Both the position numbers and the translations under genes were made by a program. From Amphiscolops sp. MND2022 (taxonomy: Eukaryota): DNA of 64,000 bases. The stretch covers positions 63,366,001 through 63,430,000 of the forward strand of contig OZ076409.1 of assembly GCA_964187785.1 (NCBI GenBank), written 5' to 3'. This document shows positions 28,683-38,400 of the stretch, one piece after another (within the stretch, counting starts at the first letter, position 1; every line of letters starts with the position of its first letter). The notes below the pieces were generated by a model. The model did not search any database, was not told where the DNA came from, and saw only the letters and a list, made by a program, of their open reading frames with translations.

Positions 28683-31600
28683 ATGCCTTCCAAAGTCAAC
28701 CAGCCAAAAACTTCGCTTGCACAGCGTAACTTTCATATCGCAAAAGCCACTCGCCTCTTTAGCAGGATATATAGAGCCATCGATGAAGAAAATTCGAACT
28801 TCAATATTGAACCAATAAAAAAGGAATTGAAAACAATTCTCGCTGATGTCGAAGAATCAACGCTATTTTTACTCGATCATCTACCAGAGAATGCAACAGC
28901 TGACCAACTCATCGTCGATTTCACCAAAATACAGGATGAATACGACGACTTGACAGAAAAGTTCTCCAGTTTGGTCAAATCTGCAACTGCAAATCAACCC
29001 GAGGAAACATGTAACAACCGCTCCGCAGTCGACCTACAGCAACCAGCCGACACAATAATTGACGCCACATCAGGAGAAACGCTAGCGGTAGATAATCACA
29101 TCGGACCTTCCATTCAAAATGATCCGCCTAACAATACGCGTCTTTCCTCCGCAGATGTGCAACCACAAGCAGACACCCAGCAGCCTACGCCTTCTACAGC
29201 ACTCGACCCGCCACATAACACTCTCTCTCATCTCGCTCGACCAAAACTGAAAATTGAGCCGTATGACGGAGACCCGATGAAATGGAACTTGTGGTACGGT
29301 CTTTTCAAAACCCTAATCCACGATCAGCCAATTTCGTTAGCAGAAAAAATGACCCATCTTCAAACTCTGACCATTGGAGTAGCAAACCAAGCTATTTCAG
29401 GGTTCTCATGTAACAGCCAGATGTACGACGCAGCTATTACCGAACTACAACGACGATTCGGAAGACCTGAGATAATTGTCAACAAGTTTCTACACCTTCT
29501 ACAGAACTTCCGTCAGCCTTCAGTACAGCATCGCAACACATTTACAGAGTTTTCAACTTTCGTTAACAACCTCGTGGAAACATTCCAATCACTTGGTTTC
29601 TACAATGATCTGAACTCGACACTGTACGTTCAATTTGCTGTGAACAAGTTGCCGCCTACTCAACGACTACAATGGTCGCAGTATGCGGTGACTAACAACT
29701 TGCAACAACCGAGCCTCATCCATTTCAACATTTGGATGCGACAATTCGCACTCGCTTGCGATAATCTTCCATATAGCCCAGATAACCGCCCGTCGACTAA
29801 CTCCACAACAAAAGACCAAACTCCATCACGATTTCCCCAACACAAACAGAATCGACAACTTTGTCCTTTCGACAAAATTGATCATCATCCATCCCATTGC
29901 TCCATTTACAAGAACGCAAACCTGCAACAGAAACGCCAAATGGTGTTAGACAACAAACTTTGCCTGAATTGTCTAGGACACCACTTGAAAAACGATTGTA
30001 AGTCTCAGCACAACTGTCGTTCTTGCAATCGCAAACATCATACAACCCTACACGACGAAAACATACTGCAAACTCCCCGACAACATAGTGAGCAGTCCAA
30101 CGACAACAGCCGCAATTCCAAATCTACAACAAAATCTTTCGCCAACAGCAAGAAGCCTCTCCAAAACACTCAGTTTGCTGGTAACCAATCATCTACAAGC
30201 CCACCTCCACCTGACATTACAAATGTTGGTGCCCTTTTGATGGTGGTACCAGTGACATTAGAAAATGAAAATACCTTCATCTCAACATATGCTTTCCTCG
30301 ATTCAGGAAGCACATGTAGTTATCTACTATCAAACGTTGCTAGCAATTTGCAATGCAAGATCACTGGACTTGCTGTGAAGCTCGACATTGGAGGGTTTCA
30401 CGAGTCTAAATCACTGGAAGCAAATATAGTTTCAGTGAAAATTCATCCTTTCGGTAACATCGCTGAAAGTTTCACCATCAACCATGCTTTCGTGTTGCCG
30501 TCCTTCAACCTCGCCGACGTTGATACCACATTTCTCAATGACATCTGTCAACAATTTCCCCACCTTCAAAGCATAAACTTTCCGCAGCTTCTAAGCAACC
30601 AGATCGGACTAATCTTAGGACAGGACAATTTCGATCTCATCACTGCTCGAACTGTCTTCAAAGGTCCTCCAAACGCACCGCGCGCAGTTCTAACTAACAT
30701 AGGTTGGACCATCGGCGGTCCCCATGACAGCCGTTATCATCAATCAACTTTCCATGCCACAACCTTCCACTGTCCCACCTCCACCGACAGTCATCACGAC
30801 GATGACGACTTATACGATCTTCTCGCGTCCTTCTGGAGAATGGAAAACTTCGGGATTAATCCTGAGGTAACCATGTCAAAGGAAGAAAAACACGCTCTCA
30901 ATACACTCAGAGACACCATTCGCTTCGTGGACAACCGATACGAAGTAGGATTGCTCTGGAAGCCGAACGCCGAACTTCCGAACAATTTCGCCGCCGCCAT
31001 TCAACAATTCAAAAAATTGAAACAACGACTCAATCGGGACCCAATCACTCTCGACTTGTATTCCGCAACTATTGAGAACGATCTCAAAAATGAATACATT
31101 CGCCGCGTTCCCGCCGATGACATTCCCTCCACTGGTTGGCTCTTACCAGAACACGGAGTTCTTCACCCGAATAAACCTGGAAAACTCCGACGAGTTTCTA
31201 ACGCTCGAGCCAAATATAAAGGAGTGTGTCTGAATGACATGCTTCTTACTGGTCCCGACCTACTAGCCAACCTTCTTGGAATCATCCTCCGATTTCGCCA
31301 AAATAAGTACCCGCTTTCCGCCGACATTGAAGCGATGTATATGCAAGTTTCCGTACGCCCGGATGATCGAAAATTCCTCCGCTTCCTTTGGGGCGAAAAC
31401 GATCCCCAATTCTTCGAATACCTTCGATTCGTGTTCGGAGCCAAATGCTCTCCAACATGTGCTAATTTTGCTCTCCAAACTTGCGCAGATGACCACTCAA
31501 CCGACTATCCGCATATACAACGCCTCGTTCGTGACCATTTCTACATGGATGACCTTTTCGTTTCCACCGACACCGTTCAGCAAGCCGTTCAAATCATTCA

Positions 31601-34600
31601 TGATTCCCGAACCGTCCTATCGCGCGGGGGGATCAATCTGACAAAATGGATCACCAACTGTCTTGAAATCTTGTCCGCAGTTCCTTCCGAGCATCGCGCA
31701 TTGCAACCCGAAGAGCTCGACCATGCTCCCAAAATGCAGAAGGTTCTCGGAGTCGAGTGGAATCTATCCACTGATGAACTGCAATTCTCTCCTGATAAGC
31801 TGAAAAACCAGTTGAGTCAGAAACCTACGCAGAGAACCCTTTTGCGCGCCACGTCCTCCGTGTTCGACCCTCTCGGAATCGCCGCTCCCGTTACAATTCG
31901 TTTTCGCATAATTCAGCAGACTATTTGGCGAAAAGGCTTGAAATGGGACGACCCAATAACTCCGTCCGTCTTGCCAGAATTCTTCGTCACAGTTGCTGAA
32001 TTGCCGGAACTGTCTTCCGTCACAATTCCGCGACAGTACTTCCGTGATAAACCGTACGCCATATCGCTCCATGTGTTCACTGACGCTTCCTACTCCGCAC
32101 TCGCTGCCGTCGCGTATTTCGTTTACCGTTGTTCGCCGTCGTCACCGCCCGAAGTTTGTGTCTCGCTTGGTAAGGCCCGAGTTGCCCCCTTGCAGCAACA
32201 TACCATAACAAAGCTCGAACTGCAGGCAGCTCTTTTGGGCTCCCGCCTCGCACACTTTGTTCAACACGAACAGCGACTCTCCTTCGACTCTATCCATCTC
32301 TGGACAGATAGCACTACTGTCTTGCAGTGGATTTACGGATCCCATCAACGTCAACAAATTTTTGTTGCCAACAGGGTAGCAGAAATACTCACCAATACAC
32401 AATCACACCAATGGAATCATTGTCCTGGAGAAACGAATCCCGCCGATGATGGTACACGCGGAATTCCGTTCCGCGACTTTCATAGTAACACTCGCTGGTT
32501 CCAAGGACCTGAGTTCTTGAAACAACCAGTTTCGCAATGGCCATCAAATCCCGTCCACACGCAATTGACAACGATGAGGTGTACCCGAAGAACCTCACAG
32601 AAGAATTGTTTTCACGCCAACGACGACGCCACAGATGTAGCCAAGGATGATGCCACAGACGTAGCCAAGGACGATGCCACAGACGTAGCCAAGGATGATG
32701 CCACAGCCGTAGCCAACGAAGATGCCACAGACGTAGCCAACGACGATGCCACAGACGTAGCCACAGAAGAAGAAGTCGCACACGGAGCCACCAAAGACAA
32801 AGCCGCAGACGTAGCCACAAATGTTCAAGCCCCACACACCGACGGTCTCCGTAACGCAGAAGATGCCACACACAATTCCGACGCCGCTGCTGTCCTAACA
32901 GCAGAAGATGCCGAAGAAGCAGAAGACGAAGACGAAGCAGCAGAAAAATCTACAGCCACAGAAGTAGCCGACGAAGATTTAGTTGGCACAGACGCCACAG
33001 TAGTAGCCACTGTGTCAACACCGCAACGTGCAATGGAACACGTTAGCATTGCTTCAACATGTTCTAAAAACACATGCTCGCAGGCCCATTTGACTCCTTC
33101 ACCATCATCAAGCTCTATCGTTCAACAGGACACTTCCCACACTCTTGAAGTCAGTCGTTTCTCTTCATGGAAACGTCTAGTTCGTGTCACTGCCTTTGTT
33201 CTTCGAGCTATCAAAAAATTTAGGAGCCTCCGCTTTCGCTCCCAAACGCCTAATAACGTTACTAACTGTCGCAACATGACGCCGTCGCTGAGAAAGTTTC
33301 ACTCGTCGTCGTTCCGGTCACTCTCGCCCCGTCACGCCGTTCCGTTTCCGTCCGCTGATGAAATGTCTGATGCAAAAATGTTTCTTCTCCTAGCCTCGCA
33401 AAAGGAGAGTTTCCATAACGAAATTCTATCTGTGTCCAGCAAAAAAATTATCGCCCCTAAAAGCCGCCTACGAAACTTGAAGCCCTTCCTCGACGCCGAC
33501 AATTGCCTTCGCGCCGAAGGTCGTTTACGTAAGTCGCCATTTGACTACTGCTTGAAACACCCCATGATCTTAGATGGACACAATCGCATAATCCAATTGT
33601 TCATCGACTTCGTCCATTGCAGCAATGGTCATACCCGCCTGAAGCAAACACAACATATACTTCAGCTTGAGTATTGGATCTTGTCCTCCGCATCGGTTAT
33701 AAAGAAAATCATTCGCCGCTGTTTCGATTGCCGCCGTCAATCTGCGTTCGCCGAGTTTCCTGAAATGTCCGACCTGCCGATTTATCGTTTTCCAATCGAA
33801 CAACCATTTCCGTTTCAGCAAACCGGACTCGACGTTTTTGGACCATTCGCATCGAAGACTACTTCCCACAGTTACAATAAACGCTATGGTCTAATCTTGA
33901 CTTGCCTCACCACTCGCGCAGTTCACCTTGAAATGTGTACCGACTTGTCCGTAGACGCGTGCATGAAAGCTCTATGCCGCTTCTTTTCCCGCCGAGGTCA
34001 ACCGCATTTGCTGATCTCTGACAACGGCACCAACTTCACCGCCTCGGAAAAAGAATTACTCCAAATCTTCAGTCAACCAACCTTGCAAGAATTTTTCGGA
34101 AAACGAGAAATCCGCTGGATTTTCAACCCTCCGCGGGCGCCTCATTTCGGAGGCGTCTGGGAACGTCTCATTCGTTCCTGTAAAGACGCGTTCTATGCCA
34201 TCTTGGGCAACAACGCTTTAACTGACGACACCTTCAACACCCTTCTTTGTGAAGTAGAACACTTCATGAATAATCGCCCTCTCACTGCGGTTTCATCCGA
34301 CTCTGGAGATGTTGAGCCTTTGACCCCAAACCACTTTTTGCTGGGAAGAGCCTACAGCAACGTTCCTCTAAGTCAGCCATACCCATCTCCAGCAACAATT
34401 TCTAAACAATGGAAATTTGCTCAGCAACTGGCTGACTACCTTTGGAATCGTCTCCAAAAAGAGTTTTATCCATCGTTAATTCCCCGACAAAAGTGGACAG
34501 CTTTATCCAAACCTCTTCAACCAGGTTCAATTGTATGGATTTTGCAGGAATTCACACCACGAGGTCTTTGGCCTTTGGGACGGATCGTAGCTCCTGTATC

Positions 34601-34721
34601 TAATGGTGAAGAAGTCGAGTTCTCTAAAGATAGTCAGTATAGACAATACAAAGTTCGGACACCACGGGGAGAACTTATTTTGCCAGCTATTAGATTGTGT
34701 GCTTTGGAAATAAACGAATAG
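28683..34721 (+). CDS. BEL/Pao Gag-Pol polyprotein (gag, Cys/His knuckles, aspartic protease, RT, RNase H, integrase)
   Basis: YDGDPMKW gag motif; CLNCLGHH..C and CRSCNRKHHTTLH; AFLDSGS; LLTGPDLL, ADIEAMY and FYMDD; FTDAS and KLELQAA; GLDVFGP, SDNGTNF and PHFGGVWERL. Domain order PR-RT-RH-IN is typical of BEL/Pao. Confidence 0.96.
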   Translation: MPSKVNQPKTSLAQRNFHIAKATRLFSRIYRAIDEENSNFNIEPIKKELKTILADVEESTLFLLDHLPENATADQLIVDFTKIQDEYDDLTEKFSSLVKSATANQPEETCNNRSAVDLQQPADTIIDATSGETLAVDNHIGPSIQNDPPNNTRLSSADVQPQADTQQPTPSTALDPPHNTLSHLARPKLKIEPYDGDPMKWNLWYGLFKTLIHDQPISLAEKMTHLQTLTIGVANQAISGFSCNSQMYDAAITELQRRFGRPEIIVNKFLHLLQNFRQPSVQHRNTFTEFSTFVNNLVETFQSLGFYNDLNSTLYVQFAVNKLPPTQRLQWSQYAVTNNLQQPSLIHFNIWMRQFALACDNLPYSPDNRPSTNSTTKDQTPSRFPQHKQNRQLCPFDKIDHHPSHCSIYKNANLQQKRQMVLDNKLCLNCLGHHLKNDCKSQHNCRSCNRKHHTTLHDENILQTPRQHSEQSNDNSRNSKSTTKSFANSKKPLQNTQFAGNQSSTSPPPPDITNVGALLMVVPVTLENENTFISTYAFLDSGSTCSYLLSNVASNLQCKITGLAVKLDIGGFHESKSLEANIVSVKIHPFGNIAESFTINHAFVLPSFNLADVDTTFLNDICQQFPHLQSINFPQLLSNQIGLILGQDNFDLITARTVFKGPPNAPRAVLTNIGWTIGGPHDSRYHQSTFHATTFHCPTSTDSHHDDDDLYDLLASFWRMENFGINPEVTMSKEEKHALNTLRDTIRFVDNRYEVGLLWKPNAELPNNFAAAIQQFKKLKQRLNRDPITLDLYSATIENDLKNEYIRRVPADDIPSTGWLLPEHGVLHPNKPGKLRRVSNARAKYKGVCLNDMLLTGPDLLANLLGIILRFRQNKYPLSADIEAMYMQVSVRPDDRKFLRFLWGENDPQFFEYLRFVFGAKCSPTCANFALQTCADDHSTDYPHIQRLVRDHFYMDDLFVSTDTVQQAVQIIHDSRTVLSRGGINLTKWITNCLEILSAVPSEHRALQPEELDHAPKMQKVLGVEWNLSTDELQFSPDKLKNQLSQKPTQRTLLRATSSVFDPLGIAAPVTIRFRIIQQTIWRKGLKWDDPITPSVLPEFFVTVAELPELSSVTIPRQYFRDKPYAISLHVFTDASYSALAAVAYFVYRCSPSSPPEVCVSLGKARVAPLQQHTITKLELQAALLGSRLAHFVQHEQRLSFDSIHLWTDSTTVLQWIYGSHQRQQIFVANRVAEILTNTQSHQWNHCPGETNPADDGTRGIPFRDFHSNTRWFQGPEFLKQPVSQWPSNPVHTQLTTMRCTRRTSQKNCFHANDDATDVAKDDATDVAKDDATDVAKDDATAVANEDATDVANDDATDVATEEEVAHGATKDKAADVATNVQAPHTDGLRNAEDATHNSDAAAVLTAEDAEEAEDEDEAAEKSTATEVADEDLVGTDATVVATVSTPQRAMEHVSIASTCSKNTCSQAHLTPSPSSSSIVQQDTSHTLEVSRFSSWKRLVRVTAFVLRAIKKFRSLRFRSQTPNNVTNCRNMTPSLRKFHSSSFRSLSPRHAVPFPSADEMSDAKMFLLLASQKESFHNEILSVSSKKIIAPKSRLRNLKPFLDADNCLRAEGRLRKSPFDYCLKHPMILDGHNRIIQLFIDFVHCSNGHTRLKQTQHILQLEYWILSSASVIKKIIRRCFDCRRQSAFAEFPEMSDLPIYRFPIEQPFPFQQTGLDVFGPFASKTTSHSYNKRYGLILTCLTTRAVHLEMCTDLSVDACMKALCRFFSRRGQPHLLISDNGTNFTASEKELLQIFSQPTLQEFFGKREIRWIFNPPRAPHFGGVWERLIRSCKDAFYAILGNNALTDDTFNTLLCEVEHFMNNRPLTAVSSDSGDVEPLTPNHFLLGRAYSNVPLSQPYPSPATISKQWKFAQQLADYLWNRLQKEFYPSLIPRQKWTALSKPLQPGSIVWILQEFTPRGLWPLGRIVAPVSNGEEVEFSKDSQYRQYKVRTPRGELILPAIRLCALEINE
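32616..32759 (+). repeat. In-frame 24-bp minisatellite (6 x A[NK][DE]DAT[DA]V) within the BEL polyprotein
   Basis: GCCAA.GA.GA.GCCACAG..GTA units are visible in both the DNA and the protein. Confidence 0.92.
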
Positions 34722-34889
34722 CTTCCAGATTACAAAGATCAACTATTCAAAGAAAGACAGAATGATCACACTAGATATCAAATTTTTCGACGCAGTTGTT
34801 TATTTAGGTTGTTTCCTACATGATTCCAATTTTCAGCATTACCCCAATTTTAAAATTAAAAAATTTTGCGATTGCAAAATGAGGCCGGG

Positions 34890-35282
34890 TGTAGCTGACT
34901 TTGAACATTTCAAACGAATTTGGTTTTCAACAGAAGTCACAACTTCCGCCTGCCTGAAAACTTTCTTAAACTTTTTCTGAAACGAACGTGATAACTTTCA
35001 CTTGTCTCGATTCAATGAATGTGAAAACTTCTCAAACTAACTGTTGAATTGCTGTTGACTAAAACGATTTACCTTATTCGATACACTGGATTGAAATAGA
35101 AACTGTTGACACAAGATTTCTTCGATTAGAAAAGAATAGACCCAGATTGATTGGAACGGTCTATTTTCTCTCTTTCGGTTTTCTTTTCCATTGAAACTTC
35201 AGACCCACCAATCAATCTGGGCCGCTCTGAATGAGCTAAAAGAGTAAAAGAAACTGAATGCAAACCCCACAGTTTTCTTACA
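34890..35282 (+). repeat. 3' LTR of BEL/Pao element 1 (393 bp)
   Basis: Matches the 5' LTR and is preceded by the purine-rich stretch AAAATGAGGCCGGG. Confidence 0.95.
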
Positions 35283-35413
35283 AAGGTTTGATCCAAAATG
35301 AGCTTTTCCTTCAACGTCGAATTAATTCCAGGGAAAATTGTGATAACTGCACAGGAAAAATGTGAAGTTTAGAGTGATATCTGTGCTAAAAAACTGATAT
35401 TTGATCTTCTTGC

Positions 35414-38400
35414 TCATTTTGTTTTGAACAGGTACTCGTTGTAACCACGTTGCCACATCTTGGGTTGAAATCCAGCAGTTTTCGCTGCAAAAGCCAGCAA
35501 AGAAGCCATCATTCCAGAGTTACAAAACATAACTGGATCTGCTAATTCTCCACCGCGATCCAGAACTTTGGCAAAAACTTCTTTCAACTCCTCCTCATTC
35601 TTCAGCCTACCGTTCCCTGCTTGTGATATGTCGGCAATTGTAATATTGGCAGCATTTGCGATATTCTTTTCCCGGAATTGGCTGGCCCCACGTGCATCAC
35701 ATAATTGCATGGTGGGATCTGATCCCGTCATAAGTTCTCGAACCTTCTCAAATGGTATGCTGAGCGATTCTTGAGGACATGCCTGAAAATTTCCGGGCTC
35801 TTTCAAGGATTTTTCAGGCCCTGTCTCTATGGGGTTGCCAGCATCTACCCAACTTCTGCAGGCAACGTTCAAAAGTTGACACGATGATTTTATTGATAAA
35901 AAATTATTGACAAGCAAATGAATAAACCTAACTTACTGTCTTTTGATACATTGGAATTTTGGAAAACGTGAGATCCAGGAGTGAGAAAACTTCTAGAAAT
36001 GGGGCTTATCAAAGGAATGTAGTTATCAAGGATCCTAAATTGTACACACTCTACAAAAAGCATGAAGACTAACTTGTATCCCCCAACAATGGAGACATTT
36101 TGATGCCCGTAGTAAGTTAACAGCCACCAGAGTCTGCTTGCAAAGGTTCCAATGCCGGCTTGTTGTTCAACGACGTCTCCTCTTTGGTATACTGCAACAG
36201 GTTTATCATTAGAAACTCCCTTGGCCCGAAGGACTTTGGCGAATTCATCGGGAGGAAGAACAGTGAAATCATAATCCGCGTTTTTGTCAGCCAGGTCCCA
36301 AAGGTTGATTAGTCGTGCATTAGGTATGTGGCCTGGAAAACTTATGTGGCTCACATAATCGATTATAAAACCAATAGTAAAGACGGAATGTCTCCACATT
36401 GTAAAACTACACTGCAGTATCATTTCCAAAAAGGCTCGAAATTGTTCCAATACCTGAAGAATGTCATTGGCTCAATGACAACCTCCTGGCATTAGAAAAT
36501 GGATGCATTCATATACTAAATATCTAAGAAGGTACTACATCACAAAGCGACAAAATCCAACTAAGTTATTTCAGGGACAACTCCGTGTACTTTTACCCAA
36601 TATAGAAAAAGTCAATGAAATGTTTTCTTCTGGAAACAGTCATTTAAGGGAAATACAATTTCTACGTTGTATACGATTTCTACGCCTGTTTCAAAAACCT
36701 CCAATGAACAAGTTAAGGTCTCGTTCTTCGTTTCAGGCTTAAAACATGAAAATTACAGGAATTTCATCGGGATTTGCGATAGATTCTCATGACGTTCCAA
36801 CAGGTCATTACTAAACTGACACCAAGTTTATGCTGATAAAATGAAGACGATAATTTTGAGCTCCGAATAAAGCGTAGTAGTACTTTTAGGTCCCGAACCA
36901 AAAGGATCACAAGCTGGGACCGGCCCAAGTCGGCACCATATCTAAGGCTCAAAAACAGCAAAAGGGGTTTAAAGTGTCGAAGTATTCTCTCCTACAGCAC
37001 CCGACAAAACGGGGGACCCTTCGGGATTTTTCAACATCCATTCTGTCGCAAAACTCCAAAAAAACGAAGGCGGACGATTTGGGGAACATTTTTTTTCTGG
37101 AAAAGTCCCGCAATGCCGAAAATAACTTAAGGGGGACCCTTTGGTCTCGTCCGGTCTTGTATGTTACGCGGGCAATTTAAAACTTTGTAGAACTCTTGGT
37201 AGAACTATTTTGGTCACTTCAGGTCAAAAATCGAAAAATAAATCAAAAAACACTGACGAAAAGCCATGACTATAGTCGGCTCTTTTGAAGAAAAGCGCCG
37301 ACTAAAAAACGAGTGACTGTAACCAGGGATTGGAAATATGGTATGGCCATAAATACGGCACCTGAAATACCACTACCATAAATATATTCATATTTTTCTT
37401 TTTCCATAAATAATGGCCATAATGGGGAAAAAACTTGGAAAAAAGAATTTTGAACAAATTTCAGGATTACTAGAAAACTGATATTTTTAAAAACTGAGGA
37501 CAGAATATCAATGTTCCAATACTTTTGATTGACAGCTCGATACAAACTCTCCTCAGATGAATTGGAAGGATTCTGTTACGCAATGGGGTTCTGACATTTT
37601 TGGTTTGCTGAATAGTCTCCACAATGTTGGAAGTCTGAGACCCAATTCAAATTAATCATGCGGGAATGTGTTCAGGGTCAGGAGGACCGCATCTGCGAAA
37701 GATTTGTTACCATTGTCAGTCTGACTTGCAGGTGAAATGGATTCACACTGTGTTCGGAAACGTCCCAGATTAACTTTTTCAGTCAATTCCATGTCTTCGT
37801 AGAGGGTCGTAAAAGACTTCACAACAGCCGCTTCGAATTGCGATTTTCGAGGATATCAGCACGACCACTGAGATACTTGCACTGGGAATAAAATCTGAGA
37901 ATGAGAGCATCAAAAAGGAACCGAACTTTTGCCATTGTAACAGAGGCTTTCATAGTTACCGATTGTATATCAGTGAGATCCACAATCAGATCTTCATTTC
38001 TTCAGAAAGGTTCGGGAGGAGCTCAGCCATTTCCGTATCATATTTATCAATACAAGGTGACAAATCTATGTATCTTTGCAGAAGTTAATTTGAAGACCAT
38101 CTAGTGATATTTCTAGTTACAGGTTTCAATGAAGTTTTCGAACGTAGTTTCCCGGTGTAGTTTTCGAACGTAGCCGGGACCGGCCCAAGTCGGCGCCATA
38201 TCCAAGGCTCAAAAATAGCAAAAGGACTTCCAAGTGTCAATTTACAGTACCTGAAAATCCAAAAAACAAAAAAAAAATGGACCGAGTGGCGCGCCGGGGC
38301 CCGCTAGCGCTAAACGGGGGACACTTTCGAAATTGTCAACATTTTTGTCGCGATGAAGGGGGGACCCTTTGGAGAGAAAAATTGAAAAAAAGTCTCACAA

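Larger units (their letters stand above)
27922..35282 (+). mobile_element. Full-length, young BEL/Pao LTR retrotransposon
   Basis: LTRs 27922-28317 and 34890-35282 have TG..CA ends and differ by about 2 substitutions and one 3-bp indel. AAGG is duplicated on both flanks. A PBS-like TGGCGCCC follows at 28318. The element holds one intact 2012-aa ORF. Confidence 0.97.

Noticed and set aside
32389..32873. Antisense repetitive ORFs (WLRLWH and GYVCGI repeats)
   Set aside because: Shadow frames of the 24-bp minisatellite in the BEL ORF.
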